Shown in pieces: positions 1-10,316 of a DNA stretch of 64,000 nt (positions within the stretch are counted from its first letter, which is position 1; every line of letters starts with the position of its first letter). The DNA is taken from positions 124,001-188,000 of the forward strand of contig CAXBME010000001.1 of the NCBI GenBank assembly GCA_963976765.1, written 5' to 3'. Both the position numbers and the translations under genes were made by a program. Source of the stretch: an uncultured Planctomycetaceae bacterium. Lineage in GTDB: Bacteria; Planctomycetota; Planctomycetia; Planctomycetales; Planctomycetaceae. The notes beneath the pieces were generated by a model, which was not told where the DNA came from, did not search any database, and was given only the letters and a program-made list of their open reading frames with translations.

Positions 1-1
1 G

Positions 2-880
2 ATCCATGTCGTCCGAGTGGTTCCCGATGTCGCGGCAGCACTGACCATATTGCGCGGTTCTGATCGGATTACGCCGTCGTTGATCATGCTGGACATTCAG
101 CGAGGAACGAATGCCGGCGAATTTGGCCTTGCACAGTCGTTGGAAGCTCTAGCCGAACTCAAAGGTGACGGCAGTCTTCGGTCGATTCCTGTCGTTATTG
201 TCACGTCGAATAATCTGCAGGCTGACGTGCTTAACGCTTACAGTTGCGGAGCCAGTTCTTTTGTCTGCAAGCCAGAATCCGAGGCTGAGCGACGGACGCT
301 GATCTCACGATTTTCGCAGTACTGGGCTCAGGTTGCTGAGTTACCCTGGACGAATCCGGACCCGGCCCGATTGCCAGTTCGGTGCTTTGAAGAGCTGGCC
401 GAAGCTTATCGAGCCAGTGGCGAACGCCCCATTGAAATTCTGATTGTCGATGACAGCGAGGACGACGTTATTTTGCTGAAGGAAGCCTTTGGTGACTGTC
501 CAATGGTCGAATTCATTGGTGCGGTCGAAGATGGCGAACAGGCGTTGCAGTTCCTTCGCCGGGAAGGCGAGTTTGGCGATGCGAAACGCCCGGGCCTCGT
601 TCTGATGGACATCAACATGCCTCGCAAGAACGGGTTCGAAGTTCTGACTGAAATGCGGTCGGACGTTTTTCTGTCGAATGTCCCCGTCGTGATGCTTACG
701 ACCAGCAAGCAGGAATCCGACATTCTAAGAGCGTACGAGGGCGGAGCCTGTTCGTTTATCGCGAAACCCGTCAGCTTTGACACGATGAAGTCGGTTGCCA
801 GGCAGTTTGCTTTGTACTGGACGACTGTCGCAGACGTGCCGAAGGGTGAAGATTCAGATCTTCTGCCTGCTCCTTTGTAG
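2..880 (+). CDS. Tandem (double) receiver-domain response regulator, Rcp1-like; 5' end lies outside the window
   Basis: Frame is open from base 2. Two REC units: LIMLD...IPVVIVTS...ASSFVCKP...YWAQVAELP and ILIVDDSEDD...LVLMDINMPRKNG...PVVMLTTS...SFIAKP...YWTTVADVP. No output domain. Confidence 0.85.
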   Translation: MHVVRVVPDVAAALTILRGSDRITPSLIMLDIQRGTNAGEFGLAQSLEALAELKGDGSLRSIPVVIVTSNNLQADVLNAYSCGASSFVCKPESEAERRTLISRFSQYWAQVAELPWTNPDPARLPVRCFEELAEAYRASGERPIEILIVDDSEDDVILLKEAFGDCPMVEFIGAVEDGEQALQFLRREGEFGDAKRPGLVLMDINMPRKNGFEVLTEMRSDVFLSNVPVVMLTTSKQESDILRAYEGGACSFIAKPVSFDTMKSVARQFALYWTTVADVPKGEDSDLLPAPL

Positions 881-996
881 GGCCGCTTGCTGACGTGGTT
901 CTTTGATCGGTGCCGCCGGTCGTGCCCTGGCTGGTTGTGAGCGGTTTCGGGGTCTGCCATACTCCGCCGCTTTCGCCATTCACCCAGTCAGGGACG

Positions 997-2241
997 ATGT
1001 TCATGCAGCAGCAGAGTATCCGCACGCATCAATTTGAGAACGGTTTGATGCTGATTGTGGAGGAGATGCCGGGGCTTCAGTCAGCGGCATTTTCGTTTCT
1101 TGTCCCGGCAGGAAGCATTTACGACGGAGCAGGAAAAAACGGCTCGTCCGCAATGCTCGCCGATTGGATTACCCGCGGAGCCGGCACTCGCGACAGTCGC
1201 GAACTGACAGCCACGCTCGATAATCTCGGCATTTCACATAGTCAGTCTGCTGGGTCTGAGAATATCACCTTCACGGCTGCCAGCGTGGCGGATCGAATCA
1301 CGGATGGCCTGGAGATTTTCGCCGACGTCATCCTGCGGCCTCACCTCGCTGAAGAGCAGTTCGAACCGGTTAAGCTCGGGGCGGAGCAGAGTCTCATCGC
1401 GACCGAAGACGACCCTCAGCGTAAAGCGATGGTCGAGCTGCGGAAGCGAAGTTTCTCAGCACCTTGGGGACTATCGTCGGACGGTTCCCTCGAAGATTTA
1501 CCCAACATTTCCGCCGCCGATGTTCGCGGGCATCACGAGCGATGTTTTCGTCCGAACGGTGCGATTCTGGGGGTTGCCGGTAACGTCGATGCGAAAGCCG
1601 TTATCGAAGCGGTCGGCAAGCACTTTGGCGAATGGAAGAAGAAGGGCGGGGCTGACGTTAAACCGGGTGACTGCGGTCCGAAACGTACTTTCATCGAGCA
1701 CGAATCCGCGCAGACTCACATCGGCATTTCGTACGACAGCGTTTCGTTTCCGGATCCGGATTACTACGCCGCATGGGCGGCAGTCAGCGTGTTGAGCGGT
1801 GGCATGAGTGCCCGGCTCTTTACCGAAGTCCGCGAAAAACGCGGGCTCTGCTACTCGGTTTACGCCAGCCAGTCGTCGTTAAAGCACGAAGGCCGAGTTC
1901 TCTGCTACGCCGGAACGAGCAACGAGCGCGCTCAGGAAACTCTCGATGTCACGCTGCAGGAACTGAAGCGGCTGGGCGATGGCATCGACGAAAGTGAGCT
2001 TCAACGCTGCAAAGCACGAGCGAAAAGTTCGCTGGTTATGCAGCAGGAATCGAGTCGTGGTCGAGCTGGCTCGCTGGCTCGCAATTGGTTTTTCCTTGAG
2101 GAAACTCGAACGCTCGAAGACGTCCGACAGAAGATCGACGCGCTGACGGTCGATTCGATTCTGGAATATGTCAATCGCCGCCCGGCACAGGACTTCACCG
2201 TGCTGACGATCGGGCCGGCAGAACTCAAGGTCAACGACTGA
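997..2241 (+). CDS. M16 (insulinase/pitrilysin) family peptidase, non-catalytic subunit
   Basis: [10 protein letters not shown]-terminus and [24 protein letters not shown]. The HxxEH position reads SAMLADW, so the zinc motif is absent. Start is ATG 997 or 1003. Confidence 0.85.
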   Translation: MFMQQQSIRTHQFENGLMLIVEEMPGLQSAAFSFLVPAGSIYDGAGKNGSSAMLADWITRGAGTRDSRELTATLDNLGISHSQSAGSENITFTAASVADRITDGLEIFADVILRPHLAEEQFEPVKLGAEQSLIATEDDPQRKAMVELRKRSFSAPWGLSSDGSLEDLPNISAADVRGHHERCFRPNGAILGVAGNVDAKAVIEAVGKHFGEWKKKGGADVKPGDCGPKRTFIEHESAQTHIGISYDSVSFPDPDYYAAWAAVSVLSGGMSARLFTEVREKRGLCYSVYASQSSLKHEGRVLCYAGTSNERAQETLDVTLQELKRLGDGIDESELQRCKARAKSSLVMQQESSRGRAGSLARNWFFLEETRTLEDVRQKIDALTVDSILEYVNRRPAQDFTVLTIGPAELKVND

Positions 2242-2314
2242 TTCATTCTGTTTGGTTTCGACGTTGTCGCAAAACCCCGCGAACCTGGTACCACTTCCGA
2301 AGACCGGAATTTTC

Positions 2315-3550
2315 ATGCAGTTTCACCAGCACACACTCAGCAACGGTTTGACCATCGTCGCCGAAAGCAACTCGGACGTTCACAGCGTCGCGCTTGGATT
2401 CTTCGTCCGAACAGGCGCTCGCGACGAAACGCCGGAACTCAACGGGGTCAGCCACTTCCTGGAGCATATGGCTTTCAAAGGAACGGAGCGGTTCACAGCG
2501 GACGACGTGAATCGAATTTTCGACGAGGTCGGTGCCGAGTACAACGCGTCGACCAGCGAAGAAGTGACTCTGTTTTACGGAGCGATTCTGCCGGAGTATC
2601 TGCCGCAGACATTCGAGCTGCTGTCGAGCATTCTGTACCCGACTTTGCGGCAGGATGACTTTGAGATGGAGAAAAAAGTCATCCTCGAAGAGATCAGCAT
2701 GTACCAGGATCAGCCGATGCACGTCGCGTATGAAGCCGGCATGCTGAAGCACTTTGAAGGACATCCGCTGGGAACTTCGATTCTGGGGACACTCGAAAGT
2801 GTCGGAGCACTCACTGCCGAGCAGATGCGGCAGTACCACGCCGATCATTACCGAGCCGGCAATATCACGCTGGCGATCGCCGGCAACTTTGAATTCGATC
2901 AGATCGTCGATCTGGCAAAGCAGCATTGCGACCACTGGCCGTCGGGAACGCTCGACCGTCCGATTCACGAGGCCATACCAAAGGGCGGAATCGCAATCGT
3001 CACGCAGGATTCGCGGAACCAGCAGAACATCATTCAGATGACGCCCGGCCCGGCCGCTCAGGACGAACTGCGGTTTGCGGCGGAGATTCTGTCGGTGATC
3101 GTCGGTGACGACGGTGGCAGCCGGATCTATTGGGAGCTTGTTGATCCAGGCCTGGTCGAATTCGCCGAGCTGGGCTATTACGACTACGACGGCAGCGGGT
3201 CGTACATGACCTGGCTGTCCTGTCAACCGGAAACGACCGCGGAAAACCTCGCCAGAATTCAAGCCATCTACGAAACGGTCAACAAAGAAGGCGTGACTGA
3301 AGTAGAGCTTGAACAGGCGAAGAACAAAGTCGCTTCTCGAGTCGTTCTGCGAAGTGAACGTCCGATGGGCCGTTTGTCATCGCTCGGCAGCAACTGGGTT
3401 TACCGCAAAGAGTACCAGTCCGTCGCCGATGATCTGGCAATTCTGCGAGGGCTGACGCTCGACGACATTCGAAAGTGCCTTGATGCTTATCCGCTTGGAG
3501 CATCCACGACGGCTGCCGTTGGGCCGTTAAAAGAATTGCAGCTCAGTTAG
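2315..3550 (+). CDS. M16 family zinc peptidase, catalytic subunit
   Basis: [22 protein letters not shown] (inverted HxxEH), [15 protein letters not shown]. Confidence 0.92.
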   Translation: MQFHQHTLSNGLTIVAESNSDVHSVALGFFVRTGARDETPELNGVSHFLEHMAFKGTERFTADDVNRIFDEVGAEYNASTSEEVTLFYGAILPEYLPQTFELLSSILYPTLRQDDFEMEKKVILEEISMYQDQPMHVAYEAGMLKHFEGHPLGTSILGTLESVGALTAEQMRQYHADHYRAGNITLAIAGNFEFDQIVDLAKQHCDHWPSGTLDRPIHEAIPKGGIAIVTQDSRNQQNIIQMTPGPAAQDELRFAAEILSVIVGDDGGSRIYWELVDPGLVEFAELGYYDYDGSGSYMTWLSCQPETTAENLARIQAIYETVNKEGVTEVELEQAKNKVASRVVLRSERPMGRLSSLGSNWVYRKEYQSVADDLAILRGLTLDDIRKCLDAYPLGASTTAAVGPLKELQLS

Positions 3551-3594
3551 ACAGTCTTAGCCAACATTCAATCCGAAGTGTCAAAATTTCAGCC

Positions 3595-5022
3595 ATGTCC
3601 AGACAGCCTAACATTGTCTTTATCATCACCGACCAGCAGCGTTATGACACGATTGCGGCGCTGGGTTACGACTACATGGACACGCCAAACCTGGACCGAC
3701 TGGTCAGAGAAGGCGTCCATTTCGAACAGTGTCATGTGACGGCCGCGTCGTGTGCGCCGGCCAGGGCAAGCCTCTTTAAAGGCTATTACCCGCACACGAC
3801 GGGCATCCTGAAGAACGCCGATCTTTGGCGCAGGTCATGGATCGAACTTCTTAACGACGCTGGCTACCACTGCACGAACATCGGCAAGATGCACACATGG
3901 CCGTTCAACTCGTCGGTCGGCTTCCACGAGCGGTACGTCGTTGAGAACAAAGACCGCTACCTCGAAGGTCGGTATTACTTTGACGAGTGGGACAAGGCAT
4001 TGCGTTTTCGCGGCCTTGTGAAGCAGCAGCGCGAGTTGTATCGCCAGTTGCCGGATTACAAAGAGTCACTCGGAGCGTTCGACTGGAAGCTGCCGGAAGA
4101 CGCTCATCCGGATGTCTTTGTCGGAGACATGGCTACTCACTGGATCCGCAACTATCCGAAAAGCGAGCCGCTATTTCTGCAGATCGGTTTTCCGGGGCCG
4201 CACCCGCCGTACGACCCGACGCCCGAGTACGCTGCTCCGTACATGGCCAAAGAACTTCCTATTAAGGAAGTGACTCAGGCAGAACTTGACAGTCAGCCGC
4301 CGGCTTTCAAGGCGATGAGAATTCACAACGTCGAAGTCGATCACGACTCGGTCGTGCATCAGCTCAACCCGTCGGCCGAAGCCAGGCATCGACAGCGGGC
4401 TTACTACCTGGCAAATGTCACAATGATCGACAAGAAAGTCGGCGAGATTTGCGAAGCTCTGGAAGAGCAGGGTTACCTCGACGACACGGTCCTCATTTTT
4501 ACGTCGGACCACGGCGACTGCATGACCGATCACGGCCACAGTCAGAAATGGACGATGTACGACGATATTACCCGAGTGCCTCTGATTGTGTGGTCGCCCG
4601 GCCGATTCGATGCAGGCAAGGTCGTCACGTCGCTTGTTCAGCAGATGGACCTGGGGCCGGCAATACTGGAACTCGCCGGCTGCGAAGTTCCGGAGACTCT
4701 CGAAGCGGAGTCACTGTTGCCGGGGCTGACGAGCGACGACTTCGCCGGACGCGATTATGTCTTCGCTGAACAGGCCAGAGATAACATTCTCACCGACGCC
4801 GAGTTCATGACGATGGTGCGGAACCACGAGTGGAAGCTCGTGCATTTTCTGGACGAGCCGCACGGTCAATTGTTCGACCTGAAGAATGATCCGGAAGAAG
4901 TGAAGAATCTCTGGAACGATTCTGCGCACGACGCAAAGAAGCAGGAGTTACTGGCTGTCCTTCGCGAATGGCGAATCCGCAGCCAGTATCAGACATCGTC
5001 ATGGTGTGCCGAGTGGCGGTAG
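3595..5022 (+). CDS. Formylglycine-dependent (S1) sulfatase, no signal peptide
   Basis: PNIVFIITDQQR, TPNLDRL, SCAPARASL (CxPxR), IGKMH, GPHPPY, FTSDHG. Confidence 0.92.
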   Translation: MSRQPNIVFIITDQQRYDTIAALGYDYMDTPNLDRLVREGVHFEQCHVTAASCAPARASLFKGYYPHTTGILKNADLWRRSWIELLNDAGYHCTNIGKMHTWPFNSSVGFHERYVVENKDRYLEGRYYFDEWDKALRFRGLVKQQRELYRQLPDYKESLGAFDWKLPEDAHPDVFVGDMATHWIRNYPKSEPLFLQIGFPGPHPPYDPTPEYAAPYMAKELPIKEVTQAELDSQPPAFKAMRIHNVEVDHDSVVHQLNPSAEARHRQRAYYLANVTMIDKKVGEICEALEEQGYLDDTVLIFTSDHGDCMTDHGHSQKWTMYDDITRVPLIVWSPGRFDAGKVVTSLVQQMDLGPAILELAGCEVPETLEAESLLPGLTSDDFAGRDYVFAEQARDNILTDAEFMTMVRNHEWKLVHFLDEPHGQLFDLKNDPEEVKNLWNDSAHDAKKQELLAVLREWRIRSQYQTSSWCAEWR

Positions 5023-5062
5023 GTTGGCCGTTCAAAATTATTTCATTGAAACGGAGCGTTGC

Positions 5063-5785
5063 ATGTCGTCGTCAGTCAGCGATCAACTCTTTGTTCACAA
5101 GCACACTCGAAAAGAATTTCGCGAACGCATGCAGTCGGGCGAGTTGAAAGCCTGCATCATTCCCGTAGCGGCGACAGAACAACACCTCGAACACCTCGCG
5201 ATGGAGCATGACTGGCGGAGTGTCAATCACGTCGCCAGCCTGGTCGCCGAAAAATTGTCGCCTCAGGTCGTGATCGCTCAGTCGATGAACATCGGCATCA
5301 GCGAGCATCACATGCGGCACATCGGAACTCTGTCCGCGTTGCCGGGAAGCTGGCTGGGAGTTCTGTTCGACACGATCCGAAGCATGCACCACGCCGGGTT
5401 TACGAACATCCTTGTTCTGAACGGCCACGGCGGGAATATCGCTCCGTGCGAAGGCAACTGGGGGCAGTTTCAGCAGCGGCTGGAAATCAATCTGCAGTTT
5501 GAAAGTTATTGGTCGTTCCTGCCCGACACCGTGGCCGAAGCCAACCTGAAAACCAAACGCTGGCCCGGTCACGCTCAGGAATTTGAAACAGCCTTCGCGC
5601 TGGCGGCGTTCCCGGAAAACGTTCGGCATGATGCGATGCGAGATCAGCCAGACCAGGAGCCGATGGAAGCAACCGCCGCAGCCGGCGCGGCGATGATCGA
5701 TGCCATTGTCGACGGCGTGGCCGATCACGTTCAGAAGATGATCGACGGAACGTCCGTTGCGGATATCCCGCCTTTCCATGAGTAG
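5063..5785 (+). CDS. Creatininase / creatinine amidohydrolase family protein
   Basis: IIPVAATEQHLEHL..EHD, GISEHH, LNGHGGN, GHAQEFET. Confidence 0.88.
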   Translation: MSSSVSDQLFVHKHTRKEFRERMQSGELKACIIPVAATEQHLEHLAMEHDWRSVNHVASLVAEKLSPQVVIAQSMNIGISEHHMRHIGTLSALPGSWLGVLFDTIRSMHHAGFTNILVLNGHGGNIAPCEGNWGQFQQRLEINLQFESYWSFLPDTVAEANLKTKRWPGHAQEFETAFALAAFPENVRHDAMRDQPDQEPMEATAAAGAAMIDAIVDGVADHVQKMIDGTSVADIPPFHE

Positions 5786-5912
5786 GCGACTCGTATGAAT
5801 CTGCAGTGCTGACAGTCCGTTGAAAATGTATGCCACTGGGGCTGGCAGTGCTTTCTCGAAACCGTAGCGACAAGCACCGACGCGCTGGCAGTTGAGATTG
5901 CCGGCTTGGAAT

Positions 5913-6054
5913 GTTGCGTTGTGGCAACGTCGGGTTGTTTTCACGCAACCTGACGCTGTGCGCGGAATTTGCTGGCACTGCGGCGGATCCCGTCGGATCG
6001 TGACAATCGCTCATGGCGTTTTGCTCGATGCGGTGTGCTCACGCGGAATTTGCT
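5913..6054 (+). promoter_or_regulatory. Candidate regulatory region upstream of the exosortase/EPS operon
   Basis: Palindromes GTTGC-N6-GCAAC (5913-5928) and GGTTG-N8-CAACC (5933-5950), then an exact 13-bp direct repeat CGCGGAATTTGCT at 5961-5973 and 6042-6054. Confidence 0.45.
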
Positions 6055-6144
6055 CGGTCGAGCATCACGTGGTCTATGTTTCTTCATCCTGGAGCTTCCA
6101 GGTTTTTCAGCGCGTGTGCGCTGTTGAAGGACGAGCATCAGGTC

Positions 6145-6927
6145 ATGCCGAGGATTCTCCCGATCATGCGGATTCCGCCGGGCGTACGATCCAGACTGAA
6201 AACGCCGACTGCGTCGCTGTGTGCGATCGCTGGTCTCGTGATCGCATGGCCGAGTGGTCTTTTCCCCGGAAATATGATTCCAATTCCGGCGGCGGTTGCA
6301 TCAATCGGCGACAGTGTCGTTACGAAACTTGTTTCAAAAGGCAGTCTTTACCTGCTCGAAACGGCAGGATTTTTCTTTCCGATGAACGACGGACGGCTAC
6401 TGATCACTGAGTCGATGGTCATCGACATTTCAGTGGCCAGTGGCGGGCTGCGAATTCTGTTGGCCGTACTTGCTTTGGCGACCGCTGCAGCAGCATTGTC
6501 CAGTAAGCCGGTCTGGGAGCGGCTTCTTATCGTTGCCAGTGGTTTTCCCATCGCGATTGTGTGTGGAGTAATTCGAGTCAGCGCTGGATGTTTTCTTCAC
6601 ACCGGAGTGAGCGACTGGCTGGGTGGTCTACTGCTGTTTGAAGTGGCAGGTTGGCTGACTCTTTCTTTGGCGTGGGGGCTGTTGCAGGCCGAACGTGCTT
6701 TACTTTCGCGACTGCTGATAACTCCGCCCGCCAGAGAGGTTGTGCCTGTTTTCTGCGGAGTGGAGCAGTCTGCTGCTCGAATGAAACCGGCGGAAATCGT
6801 CGACGAGCAACGTCGAACTGTCGAATGCGAAACAGCACAAGTTCGACCTGATCGTGAGCGATCTCAACCGGCATCAACTCAGCCGTTCATGCGACAGGGC
6901 AAACTGCTGCACGGTTCCACTCCCTGA
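6145..6927 (+). CDS. Exosortase/archaeosortase-family (EpsH-like) membrane protein, N-terminally short, catalytic Cys and His apparently replaced
   Basis: MIPIP...LLETAG, ISVASGGLR (family VAEACSGLR), KPVWERLLIVASGFPIAIVCGVIRV, LLFEVAGW (family FFHDxAGW). Start uncertain (ORF open from 6013). Confidence 0.75.
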   Translation: MPRILPIMRIPPGVRSRLKTPTASLCAIAGLVIAWPSGLFPGNMIPIPAAVASIGDSVVTKLVSKGSLYLLETAGFFFPMNDGRLLITESMVIDISVASGGLRILLAVLALATAAAALSSKPVWERLLIVASGFPIAIVCGVIRVSAGCFLHTGVSDWLGGLLLFEVAGWLTLSLAWGLLQAERALLSRLLITPPAREVVPVFCGVEQSAARMKPAEIVDEQRRTVECETAQVRPDRERSQPASTQPFMRQGKLLHGSTP

Positions 6928-6985
6928 GACTACTGAATCAAACACCTGGGCAATCCTGCCTGTTTTTAAAATTCTGGATACCGCC

Positions 6986-9229
6986 ATGCCGTCAACCGAA
7001 ACCGGAAGCGTGTCGACAGACAATACTTCCCCGACCGCCGCAGCCTCGCGAGAACTTCAAACTCGTCGTTCCGCTCAGGCAGCCAGACCGAATCGTCCGC
7101 CTCAAAAGAATGGACAGCGTGGCAATCCTGTCTGGCGAGCGTTGCAGCTTGCCGAACCAATGACGCCTCAGGGGCTTCTGCTGGCCTGGAAGCGGCGATG
7201 GAAGCAGGCCGTGCTGATTGGTGTTCCGCTAGCTCTGCTTGCTGCGGCTGCGGCGTGGGTGGCGATTCCGGCTTATTACACCGCGTTCGCCCTGTTGAAA
7301 GTTGCGTCGACCGAGCCGCGGCTCGTGTTCAAGAAGGCCGAGTCAGAGCAAAGTTTCGAAACGTACCGTCAGACTCAGATGGCGATGATTCAAAGTCGTT
7401 TCGTTTTGAATGCTGCCTTGCGCCAGCCGGGTATCAGCGAGCTGGAGACCATCCGAACGAAGACCTACCCATTGGAGTGGCTTGAGGACAAGATCACTGT
7501 TGGCACTTACAACAGCCCGGAGATTCTCAAAATCTCATTGGAAGGCGACAACCCGGATGACATTACGAAGATCGTGAACGCAGTAAAGGATGCGTATCTC
7601 GACGAGGTTGTTCTAGCCGACCGAAAGCAGCGAATCACTCGGCTGAACGAACTGGAGCGAATTCACAGCGAGACCGAAGAGAAAGTTCGACAAAAGGAAC
7701 AACGCGTTGAGTCACTGGCGAAAGAACTGGGAACAGGTGACTCGCAGGCACTTTCGATCAAGCATCAGATGGCTCTCGAGCAGATTTCCTTGCTGCGACG
7801 TGAGCACGCACGTGTTCGGTTTGAGCTGATGCGGGCGCAGATCAATGAGCAGTCGGTGGGAGTTTCCGGTGCTGACGTAAGTTCGTCCGTAGCGTCCGGG
7901 CTTACGCTGGGAGCTGGCGGAGCGTCTCCGGCACCTCAATCACAGGCTGCTGTCACCGCAAATCGAATGAATCAACTTCGGTCATTGATTGCACGTTTCG
8001 AATCGCAGGTCGTTAATCAGAATCATCCCACATTGCTGAAGTACCGCGATGAATTAAAGCAGCTACAGGCTTCGGCCGGTGAGGTCGATTCCAGCGGCAG
8101 TGAGGCGGTTCCAGGGTCGCGACTCGATATTCTCAAGCGTCAGGAAAAACTCCTGGCGGAAGAACTGGAGAAGTATTCCGACCTGGTCAAGAACATCGGC
8201 AGCTCGTCGTTCGAATTAGAACTGATGAAATCAGAGATTGCTCAGATTTCGAAGGTGTCTGATCAGGTGGGATCAGAAATGGAAGCGCACCGGATCGAGC
8301 TGAAATCTCCAACACGAATCACGCTGATGCAGGTCGCAGAGATTCCTCAGGTGCTTGACCTGGGCAAAAAGAAAAAACTGACCGGCGCTGCCGGCTTCGG
8401 AGCAATTGGCTTTGTTTTCCTCGCGATTTCGCTGATGGAGTTTCATTCGCGCCGCATCACCGATCCGCAGGACATTTCTCAGACGCTCGGCCTTGACCTG
8501 CTCGGAAGTCTGCCGGCGATGCCGAAGCCGCTGATCAAGTTCTGGGAGCAGCCTAAGGAATCCCGCATGGCGTTATGGAATAACGCGCTGATCGAAGCGG
8601 TCGACAGCACGCGGTCGATTCTTCTGCATGACCCGAATGCCGATCAGCGTCGAGTGCTGATGGTCGCCAGCGCGGCGGCTCAGGAAGGGAAGACGACATT
8701 TGCCTGCCAACTCGCGGGCAGTCTTGCACGAGCGGGTCGGAAAACGGTTCTGGTCGATTTCGACCTGCGGCGTCCCCGTGCTCATGAACTGTTGAATGTT
8801 CCGTTGGAACTCGGTTTGTCAGAACTGCTCTCAGAGAAGCTGGACGTGCAGACGGTGCTGCATTCAACCGCGGAGCCATCGTTGAGTGTGATCCCGGCGG
8901 GTCGAGTGAACGAGGCCGCGTTGCAGAGTATTGCTCGCGACGGAGCGGACTGGCTGTTTCAGGAACTGAAGAAAGATTTCGAATTTGTCATCGTCGACTC
9001 ATCGCCGATTCTGTACGTCGCTGATGGCGCGTCTGTCGGTCGAAATGTTGATGGAGCGATTATGGTCGTGCGATCTCATGCCAGCCGACTGCCAGCCGTG
9101 GCCGTGGCCTGTGAACGTATTGAAATGCTCGGCATCGATCTGATCGGCGGCGTGATGGTCGGCGTTCAGTCCAACCTCAGTGGCTATGGATACTCGTACG
9201 ATTACCACTACGGTGCAACATCGAGTTAG
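6986..9229 (+). CDS. wzc: Wzc-like polysaccharide co-polymerase / BY-kinase (tyrosine autokinase)
   Basis: Two TM segments flank a coiled-coil region. Walker A ASAAAQEGKTT, A' VLVDFDLRRP, B VIVDSSP, C-terminal Tyr cluster GYGYSYDYHYG. Confidence 0.88.
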   Translation: MPSTETGSVSTDNTSPTAAASRELQTRRSAQAARPNRPPQKNGQRGNPVWRALQLAEPMTPQGLLLAWKRRWKQAVLIGVPLALLAAAAAWVAIPAYYTAFALLKVASTEPRLVFKKAESEQSFETYRQTQMAMIQSRFVLNAALRQPGISELETIRTKTYPLEWLEDKITVGTYNSPEILKISLEGDNPDDITKIVNAVKDAYLDEVVLADRKQRITRLNELERIHSETEEKVRQKEQRVESLAKELGTGDSQALSIKHQMALEQISLLRREHARVRFELMRAQINEQSVGVSGADVSSSVASGLTLGAGGASPAPQSQAAVTANRMNQLRSLIARFESQVVNQNHPTLLKYRDELKQLQASAGEVDSSGSEAVPGSRLDILKRQEKLLAEELEKYSDLVKNIGSSSFELELMKSEIAQISKVSDQVGSEMEAHRIELKSPTRITLMQVAEIPQVLDLGKKKKLTGAAGFGAIGFVFLAISLMEFHSRRITDPQDISQTLGLDLLGSLPAMPKPLIKFWEQPKESRMALWNNALIEAVDSTRSILLHDPNADQRRVLMVASAAAQEGKTTFACQLAGSLARAGRKTVLVDFDLRRPRAHELLNVPLELGLSELLSEKLDVQTVLHSTAEPSLSVIPAGRVNEAALQSIARDGADWLFQELKKDFEFVIVDSSPILYVADGASVGRNVDGAIMVVRSHASRLPAVAVACERIEMLGIDLIGGVMVGVQSNLSGYGYSYDYHYGATSS

Positions 9230-9334
9230 GCGATCTGTCAGGAAACAGCTCCTCACGACACGACTGTGTGACGGCACCGATCGACGACGCCGACATTGAC
9301 GACGACCAGAACGACCAGTTTGATCAAGCACCAA

Positions 9335-10285
9335 ATGTCTCATTCAACTTTTACAAATGCCATGACCGTGGATGTGGAAGATTACTTTCACGTCTCAGGC
9401 TTTGCCGACCAGGTTTCGCGATCCGACTGGGACGACATGCCCAGCCGTGTCGTTGTCAACACGCAGCGACTGCTGACGCTGATGGAGAAGCATCAGACTC
9501 GCGGTACGTTCTTCGTGCTGGGCTGGGTGGCCGAAAAGTTCCCGCAACTGGTCCGCGATATTCATCGAGCCGGGCACGAAGTTGGCTGTCACAGCTACTG
9601 GCATCAGCTTGTTTACGATCTATCGCCGGGCGAGTTTCGAGCGGATCTTGTCAGAGCACGAGACGTCCTGCAGGATCTGACTGGTGTCCCGGTCACGCTT
9701 TATCGAGCTCCCAGCTTCTCGATCACTGGGCGATCGTTGTGGGCTTTGGACGTACTCGCCGACGAAGGCTTCACGTGCGATTCGAGTATCTATCCGGTTT
9801 ATCACGATCGTTACGGTATTCCGGAAGCCGATCTGACTCCGCATCGAATTTTCACGCCGTCCGGCGCGCTGGATGAATATCCTGGTGGAGTGGCTACTTT
9901 TGGAAAATTACGTCTGGCGGTTTCGGGGGGCGGATATTTCCGACTCTACCCGCGGCGATTTTCTGAGTTCTGCCTCAGGCGGATCAACATTCGATCCGCC
10001 AGCCCGTTCATGTTCTACATTCACCCGTGGGAGGTGGATCCGGATCAGCCCAGACTCTCGGGCTCGATGATGTCGCGTTTTCGACATTATCAGAATCTTC
10101 GAACCACCGAACACAAACTGAACTGGCTGTTGCCGCGATTTCGGTTCGATTCGATGAGCGCTTCCATCAGAAGCGTTGAAGGCGAGATGAGCGAATACTC
10201 ACTGGCTGAAGGTCTTTATGGTCTCTGCAGTGAGCCGATCTCAAACCCCGAACACGTCGCCGAGCTGCAGCTTCAGAATTCCTGA
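9335..10285 (+). CDS. Polysaccharide deacetylase, PEP-CTERM/XrtA locus subfamily (TIGR03006-like, DUF3473)
   Basis: NAMTVDVEDYFHV, TFFVLGWVA, GHEVGCHSYWH, YRAPSFSI, GGGYFRLYP, FYIHPWEVDPDQPR, FRHYQNL. Confidence 0.9.
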   Translation: MSHSTFTNAMTVDVEDYFHVSGFADQVSRSDWDDMPSRVVVNTQRLLTLMEKHQTRGTFFVLGWVAEKFPQLVRDIHRAGHEVGCHSYWHQLVYDLSPGEFRADLVRARDVLQDLTGVPVTLYRAPSFSITGRSLWALDVLADEGFTCDSSIYPVYHDRYGIPEADLTPHRIFTPSGALDEYPGGVATFGKLRLAVSGGGYFRLYPRRFSEFCLRRINIRSASPFMFYIHPWEVDPDQPRLSGSMMSRFRHYQNLRTTEHKLNWLLPRFRFDSMSASIRSVEGEMSEYSLAEGLYGLCSEPISNPEHVAELQLQNS

Positions 10286-10316
10286 TTACGCTTGCAGCTT
10301 CGAAAAGGCGACATCT

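Noticed and set aside
5892..6410. Possible frameshifted N-terminal half of the exosortase
   Set aside because: The translation shows no TM pattern or YSHG-type motif, so there is no support for a split gene.
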